IMG/VR virus record: IMGVR_UViG_2772190672_000001
Location: 32,001-96,000 of that record
From: a virus
Taxonomy: Duplodnaviria > Caudoviricetes
Strand: one strand, 5' to 3'
DNA length: 64,000 nucleotides
Part shown: positions 46,322-55,527 of the stretch, one piece after another
How the letters are laid out: each line of letters begins with the position of its first letter
Position numbering within the stretch: position 1 is the stretch's first letter
Translations under genes and position numbers: made by a program
Notes under the pieces: model-generated
The model's database searches: none
Told to the model about the DNA's origin: nothing
Seen by the model: the letters and a program-made list of their open reading frames with translations, nothing else

Positions 46322-47434
46322 TCAGAGGGTGGATTTCAGCTCTCGGGAGGGGCCCGGCTGAGGGGTGAGATCGGGCACCAATTCGGCGGGGAGACGGGGC
46401 CGCCTCCCGAGGTCTTCCGCAAGGTCGGCGACGTGGACGCCGGGACGGTTTTTCTGCTTTCCGCCGATCCGGAATTTCATCTGCTCGCGCCAACGGATCT
46501 CGGCGCTTTCGAGGAGGCCGATGACGGCCTTCCGGTCAGTGGCTTGTGTAACTCCCCTGCGCTGCAATGGGGCTACGAGGTCATCAACGATGACGCCCCT
46601 CCCCTTGGCCTCTTTGAATCCCCCGGCGCCGGCCGCGGCCTCCTGCTCGACGCAATTCCGGATGGCCGCGCGCAGGGTGGGCCACGCGTCTACTTCGTGG
46701 GCCTGCTCCCCCGCCGACATCTCGTGATCGTTTTCGGTGGGGTCCTCGTCGTCAGCGTCTTCTTCGACGTCGGCGGTGGGCTCCTCGTCGCGGGGGGCGA
46801 CCATCGCGGCGACCAGGCACCAGACGACGGCCAGACCGAGGATGATCCCGGACTCGTACGGAGCGAGGAGGCCGCCGAGGGCCCCGAGGGCCATCCCGCC
46901 GAAGGTCGCGCCGACGGTGAGGACGAGGAAGCCGATCGCGACCCGTTCGAGGGCGTCCGCCGGGCCGACCTTGGCAGGCGCCGAGGACGCGGTCGGCGGT
47001 GCCTGCTTGCCGGGGGACTGCGCCGCGCCCTTGCGGCGCTTCCAGGGCGGTCCTGCCGGAGCGTCGGCGGTGAACTGCGCCTCCTCGGTGGGAGCGGGCT
47101 CCTGGCATTCTTCGGCGGCGGCCGGGTCCGCCGGCTTCGCTGAGGCAGCCGCTCCCCCGCCCGTGCTGGCGCGGACCGCGGCCCGGACCCCTCGGGCCAG
47201 GGCGCGGACGAGGATCCCGGCGAGGACCGGGGTCCCTCGGAATGCGTCACGGATCAGGGAGACGGTGACGTGCCACAGGGCGTGCATCTGCTTGAGGGCG
47301 AACCGGGCGAGGCTGCCCGGCTGGCGGCGGGTCCAGGCGGTGAGCCGGTGAAGCTCGTCGCGGAGTCCGCCGCGTTCGACGCCCGCGCGCCATCCCTCGC
47401 GGAACTCCTCGCGCAACTCGTCTACGACGTCCAC
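46322..47434 (-). CDS. Membrane protein with C-terminal basic domain, plasmid spread/transfer-like
   Basis: Two TM segments; last large gene of a co-oriented membrane-protein operon. Confidence 0.6.
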   Translation of the reverse strand: MDVVDELREEFREGWRAGVERGGLRDELHRLTAWTRRQPGSLARFALKQMHALWHVTVSLIRDAFRGTPVLAGILVRALARGVRAAVRASTGGGAAASAKPADPAAAEECQEPAPTEEAQFTADAPAGPPWKRRKGAAQSPGKQAPPTASSAPAKVGPADALERVAIGFLVLTVGATFGGMALGALGGLLAPYESGIILGLAVVWCLVAAMVAPRDEEPTADVEEDADDEDPTENDHEMSAGEQAHEVDAWPTLRAAIRNCVEQEAAAGAGGFKEAKGRGVIVDDLVAPLQRRGVTQATDRKAVIGLLESAEIRWREQMKFRIGGKQKNRPGVHVADLAEDLGRRPRLPAELVPDLTPQPGPSRELKSTL

Positions 47435-47435
47435 T

Positions 47436-47906
47436 TCACACCACCTTTCCGACGACGGTGGCCAGGAGCATGTGGAACACGTTGGCGGCGAGGGACCAGA
47501 TGCCTCCGGCCTCGGCGGCGCCGATACCGATCGCCAGGCCGCACAGGGCGGGCCAGACGAGGCGCTTCCACCGGAAGGCGTAGGCGATGGCGAACAGGAT
47601 GAAGCACACGCCTCCCTGCCCGGGAGAGGAACCCAGCAGCCCGGAGCCGCCGAACACGCTGTTGCTGACCTGGTGGACTCCCTGGCCCATCTCAGCGAGG
47701 GTGCCGCCTGCGGCCGCCCAGAGCTGACCGATGAGGCAGCCCCAGATCAGCGCTTTCTTCTTGTCGTTGATCTTGATGGTGTCGCTGCCTCGGAGGCCAG
47801 CGATGAACATGAGGGTGAGACCGCCGGCGATGCCGACGACGGTGATCGAGCCGAGGAACTGACCCCCGCCGAGTCCGGCCGCGAGCGTCAGGGCGTGCGC
47901 GTGCAC
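47436..47906 (-). CDS. Multi-pass membrane protein (spread-like)
   Basis: Gly-rich hydrophobic helices; GAAAGG RBS + GTG. Confidence 0.7.
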   Translation of the reverse strand: MHAHALTLAAGLGGGQFLGSITVVGIAGGLTLMFIAGLRGSDTIKINDKKKALIWGCLIGQLWAAAGGTLAEMGQGVHQVSNSVFGGSGLLGSSPGQGGVCFILFAIAYAFRWKRLVWPALCGLAIGIGAAEAGGIWSLAANVFHMLLATVVGKVV

Positions 47907-47917
47907 TGCGGTGCCTT

Positions 47918-48856
47918 TCAGTGGATGGGGTTGCCGTAGCGGAGGGTGCAGACGACGGTGGTCGCCAGGGGGATGCGGAAGAACCAGCGCACGAGCCAGT
48001 GGAAGCGGCGGAGGCGGCGGTCGATGCCCCACCACAGGGCGAAGGAGATCCCTCCCGTGGTGATCAGCAGTGAGACCGCGTCCGGGCCGAGCCCCCACCG
48101 CGCGCCGTTCTGGTTGAGCCAGGCGACCGGGACCGGCGCAATACGGCGGCCCACTTCGGCGCACCCGGCGATGACCAGGGGGCGGGTGACGAGCGCGTAC
48201 GGCAGGACGAGCCGCACGGCCGGGTGCCGGGTGATCCACCAGGCCCCGAGGGCCGCGGCGGCCGCGAGGACGAACGCGAACACGCCGCGCGCTGCATGCT
48301 CGGCGCCGCGAAGGTAGGTGTTCACGATCTCTGCGAGCGACAGCATGTAGCCGACCGCCGCGGCGCTCAGGTTGAACACAGCGATGCGCAGGCTGGGATC
48401 GTCCGTCAGGTCCTTGCCGGACTTCCCGGATTTCGTCGCCCCGGCCCGTCGTTGGAGTGTGCTGCGGACGGGCTTGGCGTTGGCCGGGACCTTCGCGACA
48501 GGCTCGGTCGGGGCCGGGGAAGTGGCCGGTGCCTCTTCTTCGGCGACGTCCTCGACGGGGTCCGCGTCGACCTGGTCCTCGCCGTCGACGGGCACCTCGG
48601 GGCCCTGCTCGTCGTCCTCGTCGCCAAGGGTGATCGTCTGTCCCGGGGCGGGCAGACGGCCGCCTCCTGCACTCACGACGCGGCGCGCGCCGGCCGGGGG
48701 CCAGCCCGGGGCGGGCGCCTTCGGCTGAACGGGGACAACCGGGGCGGCCTGGACGGTCGTGTCGTCCTGGTCCTCATCGGCGGGGTCGGCGTGGCCGACG
48801 GGGCGGACACCGCGCGCGTGCAGCATGCGCTGAAGCCAGCGCTCGCGCGGCGTCAC
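47918..48856 (-). CDS. Membrane protein with disordered N-terminus
   Basis: GTGA coupling; several C-terminal TM segments. Confidence 0.7.
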   Translation of the reverse strand: MTPRERWLQRMLHARGVRPVGHADPADEDQDDTTVQAAPVVPVQPKAPAPGWPPAGARRVVSAGGGRLPAPGQTITLGDEDDEQGPEVPVDGEDQVDADPVEDVAEEEAPATSPAPTEPVAKVPANAKPVRSTLQRRAGATKSGKSGKDLTDDPSLRIAVFNLSAAAVGYMLSLAEIVNTYLRGAEHAARGVFAFVLAAAAALGAWWITRHPAVRLVLPYALVTRPLVIAGCAEVGRRIAPVPVAWLNQNGARWGLGPDAVSLLITTGGISFALWWGIDRRLRRFHWLVRWFFRIPLATTVVCTLRYGNPIH

Positions 48857-49032
48857 GGCGTCACTCCGAGCCAGGGCAGCAGGACTCGGGTGACCAGCAT
48901 GTAGACGGCGCCGGTGGCGATTCCCGTCGCCAGGGCGGCCAGTACGGCGGTCCAGCAACTGCGGTACCGGCGGGGGTTGATGAACAGGCCGCCGAGGATG
49001 GTCAGGATCAGCACGTCGAGGTTGGTGAGCAC
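48853..49032 (-). CDS. Small membrane protein
   Basis: Two hydrophobic segments; coupled to neighbours. Confidence 0.55.
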   Translation of the reverse strand: MLTNLDVLILTILGGLFINPRRYRSCWTAVLAALATGIATGAVYMLVTRVLLPWLGVTP

Positions 49033-49034
49033 GG

Positions 49035-49727
49035 TCAGTCTCCGAGGTAGGGGGGCAGCACGCGGGCTGCGGTGTCGGCGAGCCGGGCGGCACGGTTCGT
49101 GCGGAGCTTCTTGCGGTCGGTCGCGCGCAGGACGGCGCAGATGTCGGCGGCCGGGACCAGGCGCAGGCCCTGGAACTGCAGCCGCTCGCCGCTGCGCATG
49201 GGGCCGTCCATGACGGCGATGGCCTCGGGGCGGACGCCGAGGAGGGTTTCCACGGCGCGGGCGCCGCGGTGCAGGCCGCCCAGCCAGTCGGTCACGTCCT
49301 GCAGCTGGCCTCCGGGGCGGCCGCGGTAGAGCCGGCCTGCCCGGATGGACAGCCGTCGGCTGGCGTCCCAGCTCTTGGAGTCGAGGACGTACAGCCAGCC
49401 GCGCGGGCTGACGGCGAGCAGGTCGATGTTCGTGCGCTTGCCGGGGATGCCGCGGTCCGGCAGGAACACCCAGCCTTCGCGGACGAGATCTTGCAGGAGT
49501 TTGAAGACGAGCCGCTCCCCCTGGGCGCCGTGCTCCCAGTTCTTGGCGTCGGCTTCCGCCTGGGTGCGGATGTCGAGTGCGGTCGCGAGGCGGACCAGCG
49601 GGGTGCGTAACTGCCGCGCCCGGGCGGCGGCCGACGCACCGGCGCCAGTGATCTGGCGGCCGGGGCCGCGGTAACGCCACCACCAGTAGGCGGCGGCCGC
49701 GGCCCCGAGCAGCAGCAGGGGTTTCAC
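49035..49727 (-). CDS. NERD-domain nuclease with N-terminal membrane anchor
   Basis: GAQGE, NIDLLAVSPRG, VLDSKSW. Confidence 0.85.
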   Translation of the reverse strand: MKPLLLLGAAAAAYWWWRYRGPGRQITGAGASAAARARQLRTPLVRLATALDIRTQAEADAKNWEHGAQGERLVFKLLQDLVREGWVFLPDRGIPGKRTNIDLLAVSPRGWLYVLDSKSWDASRRLSIRAGRLYRGRPGGQLQDVTDWLGGLHRGARAVETLLGVRPEAIAVMDGPMRSGERLQFQGLRLVPAADICAVLRATDRKKLRTNRAARLADTAARVLPPYLGD

Positions 49728-49864
49728 GACGGCCCCACTCCCGACATCTCTGCGACGAGCGCGATGAGCAGCATCAGCAGCCCGTATGCGCGCACGAGGC
49801 CGTTACGGGCCAGCAGAGCCAGGACCAGGCCGACAACGCCTTCGGCCACGAGCAGGCACGTCAT
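49724..49864 (-). CDS. Small membrane peptide
   Basis: TGATG coupling; hydrophobic. Confidence 0.5.
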   Translation of the reverse strand: MTCLLVAEGVVGLVLALLARNGLVRAYGLLMLLIALVAEMSGVGPS

Positions 49865-51021
49865 CAGGCTGTCTTCCTTCGCTTCTTCAGCTCGCGGTCG
49901 CGGGTGCGGCGGGTCGTCTCCTGCAGGCCCTTCCGGTCGCCGTGCGCCTGGCGCACCGCGTCCGTCATCGCCTCCAGCTCGGCCTCTTCCAGCGGCGCGT
50001 CGACGGCCCAGGCCGGGTTCTTGTCGAGCAGGTCGCGGACGGTCGCGGCGATCGACTGGCCGATGGGGTGCGCTCCCCCGGCCTGTGGCGCGGGCGGCGG
50101 CGTGGCCTGGCCGGTCGGCGCGCCCGCGCCCACCGGCGCGGCGGGCGGGACCGGTGCGGCCGGGGGCACCGGCGCCGGCGGCGCGGGCGGCTGTCCGGTC
50201 ACCGTCTTGGACAGCGACGGCCCCTGTCCGGACGGCGGCGGCACCGGCGGCTCGGGCGGCGTCTGGACAGCCTGCCCGGACACCTCGGCCGCCTGTCCGG
50301 ACGTGTCCGGCGCGGCGATCTGCCGCGCCTGCCCGGCCTCGTTGAGGATCGCCTCGGCCGCTCGGAACTCCGGTGTCTCCACGGCCCGCATCGCGGCGGC
50401 CCGCCGGTTCAGGCGGGCCAGGCGCGTGCCGAGCAGGAACCGCCCGGCAAGCGCCTGCTCCTCCTGGGTGACCCAGTGCGCGACGCCCGGGTCGAGGTTC
50501 ACGCGGTCCAGGCCCATCACCAGGAACCACAGGCCCTTGGCGAGCAGGTCGAGGCACGAGCCGACGACGCCGGCGGGCAGCTGGTGCAGCTGGTCGCCGT
50601 ACGTGATGACCGACCCCATGCTGATGAGCAAGGCCACCCAGCCGCCGGCCCGGGCCCGCTGCGCTCGCTTGGCGTCGACTCGCTCGATGTGCTCGACCCC
50701 GAGGCAGGCCAGCCACGAGGACGTGAAGACGACGCCGACCGCGTACGCGACGGCCGGGTGCAGCATCCGGGACAGCAGCCCGCCGATGCTGGCGGTCGTA
50801 CCCGCGGCGGCCAGGACCGTGACGACGATCGCTACGCCCGTGACCCCGCGCCGAATGATCTCGTCCCAGTCGCGCGGCGGGACCGGGACGTACGCGAGAT
50901 AGGGCACGCGCCGGGTGGACGGGCGGCCGTCGATGACGGTCGTCTCCTCCCGGTACCGCGTGACCTTCCTGTAGCGCACGCCGGGCTGCCGGGGCTGCGG
51001 CGTCTCGGGTGTCTGGGACAT
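49864..51021 (-). CDS. SpdB-like plasmid spread membrane protein
   Basis: Four TM segments, coiled coil, Pro-rich linker and basic C-terminus, the architecture of Streptomyces Spd proteins. Confidence 0.6.
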   Translation of the reverse strand: MSQTPETPQPRQPGVRYRKVTRYREETTVIDGRPSTRRVPYLAYVPVPPRDWDEIIRRGVTGVAIVVTVLAAAGTTASIGGLLSRMLHPAVAYAVGVVFTSSWLACLGVEHIERVDAKRAQRARAGGWVALLISMGSVITYGDQLHQLPAGVVGSCLDLLAKGLWFLVMGLDRVNLDPGVAHWVTQEEQALAGRFLLGTRLARLNRRAAAMRAVETPEFRAAEAILNEAGQARQIAAPDTSGQAAEVSGQAVQTPPEPPVPPPSGQGPSLSKTVTGQPPAPPAPVPPAAPVPPAAPVGAGAPTGQATPPPAPQAGGAHPIGQSIAATVRDLLDKNPAWAVDAPLEEAELEAMTDAVRQAHGDRKGLQETTRRTRDRELKKRRKTA

Positions 51022-51114
51022 GGCTGTGCCCTTCGGGCTCGTGATCGTTCAGGAGAGAGGCCCGGCGCCCCCGAAGGGGGATGACGGGGAGGCCGGGCCG
51101 GTCCAGAGCGGCAA

Positions 51115-51306
51115 CTACCTTCTGCGGGTGGCTTCCTGCCGCGTCTTGGCCGCCTGCTTGGCGACCCCCGCGCGGTGCCGCGCGACGCGGGCCTCGTGGC
51201 CCGCCTGGCTCGCGGACTTCTGGCCGGGGTAGTCCCGGTCGGCCAGCGCCTGGTCGTCACCCGGCATGAGGGAGCGGACGAACCGCCCCACAGCGTCGGC
51301 GTCCAT
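51115..51306 (-). CDS. Small hypothetical protein
   Basis: Coupled; DYPGQKSAS..G...R.ARHR. Confidence 0.6.
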   Translation of the reverse strand: MDADAVGRFVRSLMPGDDQALADRDYPGQKSASQAGHEARVARHRAGVAKQAAKTRQEATRRR

Positions 51307-51533
51307 CAGCAGCACCTCCCGGTGGCGGCCGGGGCCACGCTGCGCAGGTGGCCGGTGACCCCGGCCGGGGTGCAGGTCAGGCGCAGGGACCGGCCGCCGG
51401 TGCGGCGGGCGATGATCCCGGCGGCGACCAGGCGCCGCGTCGGCGCGACGCCGCCCTGGTCGAAGTAGCTCCCGCACTTCGTACACACGAACCGCTGGCC
51501 CTCGCGGCGCATCGGCTTTCCACAGCAGGTCAT
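51306..51533 (-). CDS. Small zinc-ribbon protein
   Basis: MTCCGKPM...CTKCG; ATGA coupling. Confidence 0.55.
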   Translation of the reverse strand: MTCCGKPMRREGQRFVCTKCGSYFDQGGVAPTRRLVAAGIIARRTGGRSLRLTCTPAGVTGHLRSVAPAATGRCC

Positions 51534-51718
51534 TGGCGACCACCCCAGACGTCGGAGCGCTCCGCAATGGCCTTGCTCGTGGCCTCGGACTGCCGGGCTG
51601 CGGCGTCCGCCCGGTTGGCCCGGTCCTGCGGGCTGCCCAGGTCGCGTTGGCAGGCCGCCACCGTCGCGGGCTCCGCCGCCACGCTGTTCGGCGTATGCGT
51701 GTCGATGCGGCGCGTCAT
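51530..51718 (-). CDS. Small hypothetical protein
   Basis: ATGA coupling on both sides. Confidence 0.55.
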   Translation of the reverse strand: MTRRIDTHTPNSVAAEPATVAACQRDLGSPQDRANRADAAARQSEATSKAIAERSDVWGGRQ

Positions 51719-51954
51719 CGGGCCCACACCTCCCGCACACGCTTGCCGAAGGCCTCGCGCAGCTCACCGGCCGCGATCTTCGGCATGACGCCCAGCAGCC
51801 GCGCCTCAACGCCCGGCTCACCCGTCGGCTCCGCCACCAGCTCCTGCAACCGGCTCTCCAGCAGCGGCACGGACGGCTGGTCCCGCTCAAGCCGGTCCGC
51901 GAGCTCGATCACCTTCGCGCGGATCTCCTCCGCACTACCCGACCGCGCGCTCAC
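51715..51954 (-). CDS. Small hypothetical protein
   Basis: Coupled to downstream gene. Confidence 0.5.
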   Translation of the reverse strand: MSARSGSAEEIRAKVIELADRLERDQPSVPLLESRLQELVAEPTGEPGVEARLLGVMPKIAAGELREAFGKRVREVWAR

Positions 51955-52096
51955 CGGGCACCCCCGCTCTGGCTTCCTGCGGTGGCACCGCCGTTGATGC
52001 GCGCGTTGTCCTGGGCCCGCTGCACGTTCCCGCTGTCACGCTGCTCCCGGCCCCCGGCGTACGCCTGCCGGGCCCGCGCCTGCTCGCTCTGCGCGC

Positions 52097-52489
52097 TCAC
52101 CGGGCGGCCCTCCCCTGCCCCGGACGCGGAGCCGGGATCGTCGGGATGACCCTGCGGTTGTCGTCGGCCGCCCAGTCGTAACCCAGCGCCCGCGCGGCCT
52201 GCGCGACGGCCACCGAGAACTCCTCACGGGACACGCCCGCGGGGACCCTACCGACCGTCTGCAGCGCCAGGCGCGAGACGTTCACCCCGCCGCCGTAGCA
52301 GGACCGGCCGGCCTGCGCGTACGCCTTCGCGCCGACCAGGACGGCAAACTCGATCGAGTCGACGGCGTCCTTCGGGTCCTCCGTCGCGAGCACACCCGCG
52401 ACCGTCGCCAAGACCTCGGCGGCCTTGGACTCGTGTTCACTGGCGACACCCTGGGGAGAACCCAGGCGTCGATCAGTAATCTGTGCCAT
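52097..52489 (-). CDS. Hypothetical protein, first gene of spread-like operon
   Basis: GGAG RBS + ATG. Confidence 0.6.
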   Translation of the reverse strand: MAQITDRRLGSPQGVASEHESKAAEVLATVAGVLATEDPKDAVDSIEFAVLVGAKAYAQAGRSCYGGGVNVSRLALQTVGRVPAGVSREEFSVAVAQAARALGYDWAADDNRRVIPTIPAPRPGQGRAAR

Positions 52490-52585
52490 GCGTCAGCTCC
52501 ATCTGACGTGGCCCCCGGTCGGCGTTTCCTAGGCCCCGACCGGGGGCCGACTTGTACGTACGAGACAGCGGGAGGCGGCCTCGCA

Positions 52586-52638
52586 GACACAAACCCTAGG
52601 GCTTGGCTTTCACCAAAGCAAGCCCTAGGGTTTGTGTC
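52586..52638. promoter_or_regulatory. Inverted-repeat operator between divergent genes
   Basis: GACACAAACCCTAGGGCTTG...CAAGCCCTAGGGTTTGTGTC; each arm holds the palindrome CCCTAGGG. Confidence 0.7.
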
Positions 52639-52675
52639 GCGCGGTCGCGCCTGCGCGGGAGGAAGGAGCGGGGCG

Positions 52676-53017
52676 TTGGCCGAAGAGTCGAAGGAGGTGC
52701 CCGAGGAGGTGACCAGACTGCGTGAGGCCATCGCGGCGTTCGCCCTGATCGAGGACGACGCCGCCTGCACGGCCGCCGTCTCCGAGGCCCTGCGAGAGTG
52801 GCCCGATCTGCACTCGGAGCTTCGCCAGCTGCGGGAGGATCGCGTGAATGCGCTCCGCCAGAAGCAACGGAAGACCTGGCCGGAGATTGCGGCCATCATC
52901 GGCGAGGTGACGCCGGAGCGTGCCCAGCAGATCAGCAAGGGGCTGCGCGGCACGAAGCGACCCGAGGCGAAGAACCCACGGAAGAAGCAGGGGACGCCCG
53001 AACCGCCCACCGAGTGA
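52676..53017 (+). CDS. Small HTH repressor
   Basis: TWPEIAAIIGEVTPERAQQI HTH; GGAAGGAG RBS + TTG. Confidence 0.75.
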   Translation: MAEESKEVPEEVTRLREAIAAFALIEDDAACTAAVSEALREWPDLHSELRQLREDRVNALRQKQRKTWPEIAAIIGEVTPERAQQISKGLRGTKRPEAKNPRKKQGTPEPPTE

Positions 53018-53317
53018 GCCCGCCGGCCGGACGGTGACCTGCAAGGAGGAGCCGGCCCAAGCAGCAGGAAGCCCCCCGTCGGTGCAGGCGGGGGGCTTCT
53101 GCGTGGACGCCGATGGTTGCTCGGTCACCGGCTGCGGCGCTTTCCCGAAGGCTGCCAGCACCTACGGTAGCAGTGCGGTCACCCTGTGTGCGTCCGCCGT
53201 GCAGCGCCCCCGCCTCCCCGCTCTTGGATGCGGGGGCGCTGTGGCGGTGGGGGCGTCCGGGCTCTACGGGGGGAGGTAGACGCCCGGCCGCCGGGGGGTC
53301 GGGGGACCGTAGCAGCG

Positions 53318-53578
53318 TCAGTAGTTGTGGCGCTCGCGCTGGAGGCGCTTCGTGAGGATCGTCCCGTTAATTTCCGGTACGGGCTGCTGCGGGATGGTCG
53401 TCCTCTTTCTGGGGATACGGATGCAGTCGAGGGCAACGGCGGTGGTGAAGGCGCCGGCCGCGATGCGGAGTCCGTAGGAATGGAGCAGCAGGGCGGAGAC
53501 TGCGGCGGCGAGGAAGACGATGGCGGGGGCGGGGGGCCGCCACACGACTCCCAGGGGCCGCCAGGCCTGTGATTGCAT
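53318..53578 (-). CDS. Small membrane protein
   Basis: Two hydrophobic segments; GAAGGA upstream. Confidence 0.4.
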   Translation of the reverse strand: MQSQAWRPLGVVWRPPAPAIVFLAAAVSALLLHSYGLRIAAGAFTTAVALDCIRIPRKRTTIPQQPVPEINGTILTKRLQRERHNY

Positions 53579-54253
53579 AGACATGTCCTTCCGGATCACT
53601 TCCAGGTTTTTCGATGCAGGACACCGCGGGGGCCGCCGGGCGAGGCGGTCCCCGCTCCTGCGTGGTGGGGCTCAAGCGTTTGTCGCGCAGAGGGCGCGGT
53701 GGCTTGATGTCGTACGACGGTATGCGACGGGATCTGGCCTTGACGTCGTTAGCGTTTTCCGTCGGCCATCTTCGAGGGGCGAGATCAACCCCGGGCGTCC
53801 ATCGGCGCGGATCGGTGCCGGGATAACCGCAGGTCAGAGGGCCTAGAACCTACCCTATAGAAACTGACGATCTATCAAAACCGCAGGTTGAAAAGGCCGC
53901 TGACGGTCTGGCGGACTTTGGCTGAATGCTTTCGCTCAGAGCGTGCGGTGCCGGGTTGGCGGGGCGAGGAGACCAACCTTCTGCGGGAACGGGGCGCTCG
54001 TCACCAGTCTGTGATCGGTCGGGGTCGCGGCCCGGGGGTGGGGCGGGCGAGGACGTCGGCGGGAGACGCCTACACCGCGGCGGCGACAGGCATCGTGGTG
54101 GAGGTGCTGGCGGGGACGACGCGGCACGCGGTGTGCACAGTGACCCGGGTGCGGTGACCGCGTGGCGTAGATTTGTGCGAGCCGGGCGGGCGGGGCACGC
54201 GTAGCCGCTATCGTGGCGTCGTCTGATCTCCCTTTCGCCGAGGAGCGGTCCCG

Positions 54254-55465
54254 ATGCACAGCGCCCCTTTCCGTCTCGTCGTCACGGGCGGTGGGACCGG
54301 TGGACACACGTATCCCGCGCTGACCGCGGTGCGCGCGCTGGAGGCTCGGCTCGCCGCCGAGGGGCGGGCGCTCGAGACTCTGTGGATCGGAACGGCCGAC
54401 GGTCTGGAGGCGCGCGTCGCCCCGGCCGAGGGCATCGCCTTCACCACCGTGGCGACCGGCAAGATCCGCCGCTCGAAGAACCCGCTCAAGCTGGCTTCGC
54501 CGGCGAACGTGCGGGACATGGCCCGGGTGCCGCTCGGCGTGTTGCAGGCGCGGCGGGCCATCGACAGTTTCCGGCCGGATGTCGTCCTCGCGACAGGCGG
54601 GTACGTGGCGGTTCCGGCCGGGCTGGCGGCGCGGATGTGCCACCGGCCGCTCGTGTTGCACGAGCAGACGGTGCGGCTGGGGCTGGCGAACCGGAAGCTC
54701 GCGTCGGCGGCGGCGCGGATCTGCGTGTCGTCGGAGTCGACGCTCGGGCTGCTGTCGGAGTCGGCGCGCGCGATCGCGGTGGTGACCGGGAACCCGGTGC
54801 GGCCCGAGGTGCTGTCCGGACAGGCGGACAAAGCCGTCCAGGCGCTGGGCCTGTGGGGCTTCGACCAGCGACTGCCGACCGTGTATGTGACCGGTGGGGC
54901 GCAGGGCTCGCAGCAGATCAACGAGCTGGTCGGCGAATCGCTGCCGTGGCTGTTGCAGCGGGCGAACGTGATCCACCAGTGCGGCCCGGCGAACGAGGCG
55001 GGGCTGCGGGCGCGGGCGGCCGGGCTCCCGGCCGAACTGGCGGCCCGCTACCACCTGGCCGGGTTCGTCAGCGGCGAGCTGCCCGACGTCCTGGCCCTCG
55101 CGGACGTCGTGGTGTCACGGAGTGGGGCGGGGACGCTGGCGGAGCTGACCGCGCTGGGCAAGCCGGCCGTGTTCGTGCCGCTGGCGTCCTCGGCCGGGAA
55201 CGAGCAGGTGCACAACGCCCGGCACTTGGAGGAGGCCGGGGCGGCGGTCGCGCTGACCGGCGAGGTGACGGCGGCCCAGCTGCAGACAGCGGTGGGCCCG
55301 CTCCTGGCCGATGCCGACGTGCGGCGGCGCATGGCGGAGCGGGCCCGTGCGTACGGCCGCCCGGACGCGGCAGACAGGCTCGTGGACGAGGTCCTGGCCG
55401 CCGCGGCGGGCCGGCCGGTCACGGCTGGGGTCGGCCGACGTGGTGAGCCGTCTCTGCCGCGATGA
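54254..55465 (+). CDS. MurG-like GT28 glycosyltransferase
   Basis: GGGTGGH, HEQ, GNPVR, GGAQGS, SRSGAGT, EQVHNA. Confidence 0.9.
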   Translation: MHSAPFRLVVTGGGTGGHTYPALTAVRALEARLAAEGRALETLWIGTADGLEARVAPAEGIAFTTVATGKIRRSKNPLKLASPANVRDMARVPLGVLQARRAIDSFRPDVVLATGGYVAVPAGLAARMCHRPLVLHEQTVRLGLANRKLASAAARICVSSESTLGLLSESARAIAVVTGNPVRPEVLSGQADKAVQALGLWGFDQRLPTVYVTGGAQGSQQINELVGESLPWLLQRANVIHQCGPANEAGLRARAAGLPAELAARYHLAGFVSGELPDVLALADVVVSRSGAGTLAELTALGKPAVFVPLASSAGNEQVHNARHLEEAGAAVALTGEVTAAQLQTAVGPLLADADVRRRMAERARAYGRPDAADRLVDEVLAAAAGRPVTAGVGRRGEPSLPR

Positions 55466-55527
55466 GGGTCGCGCAGTGCCGGCGGGCGGCGGTCACCGAC
55501 TCGTCGGTTTCCCTTGCCGCCTCCCGA

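Noticed and set aside
53600-54250. Replication origin or att site in the AT-richer gap with two CCGCAGGT motifs
   Set aside because: No iterons, DnaA boxes, adjacent rep or integrase could be supported from the sequence alone.
54254-55465. Host housekeeping murG / end of the element
   Set aside because: No dcw neighbours (ftsW, murC/D, ftsQ), and phage-type genes and GTCCGGAC clusters continue beyond 60.5 kb.
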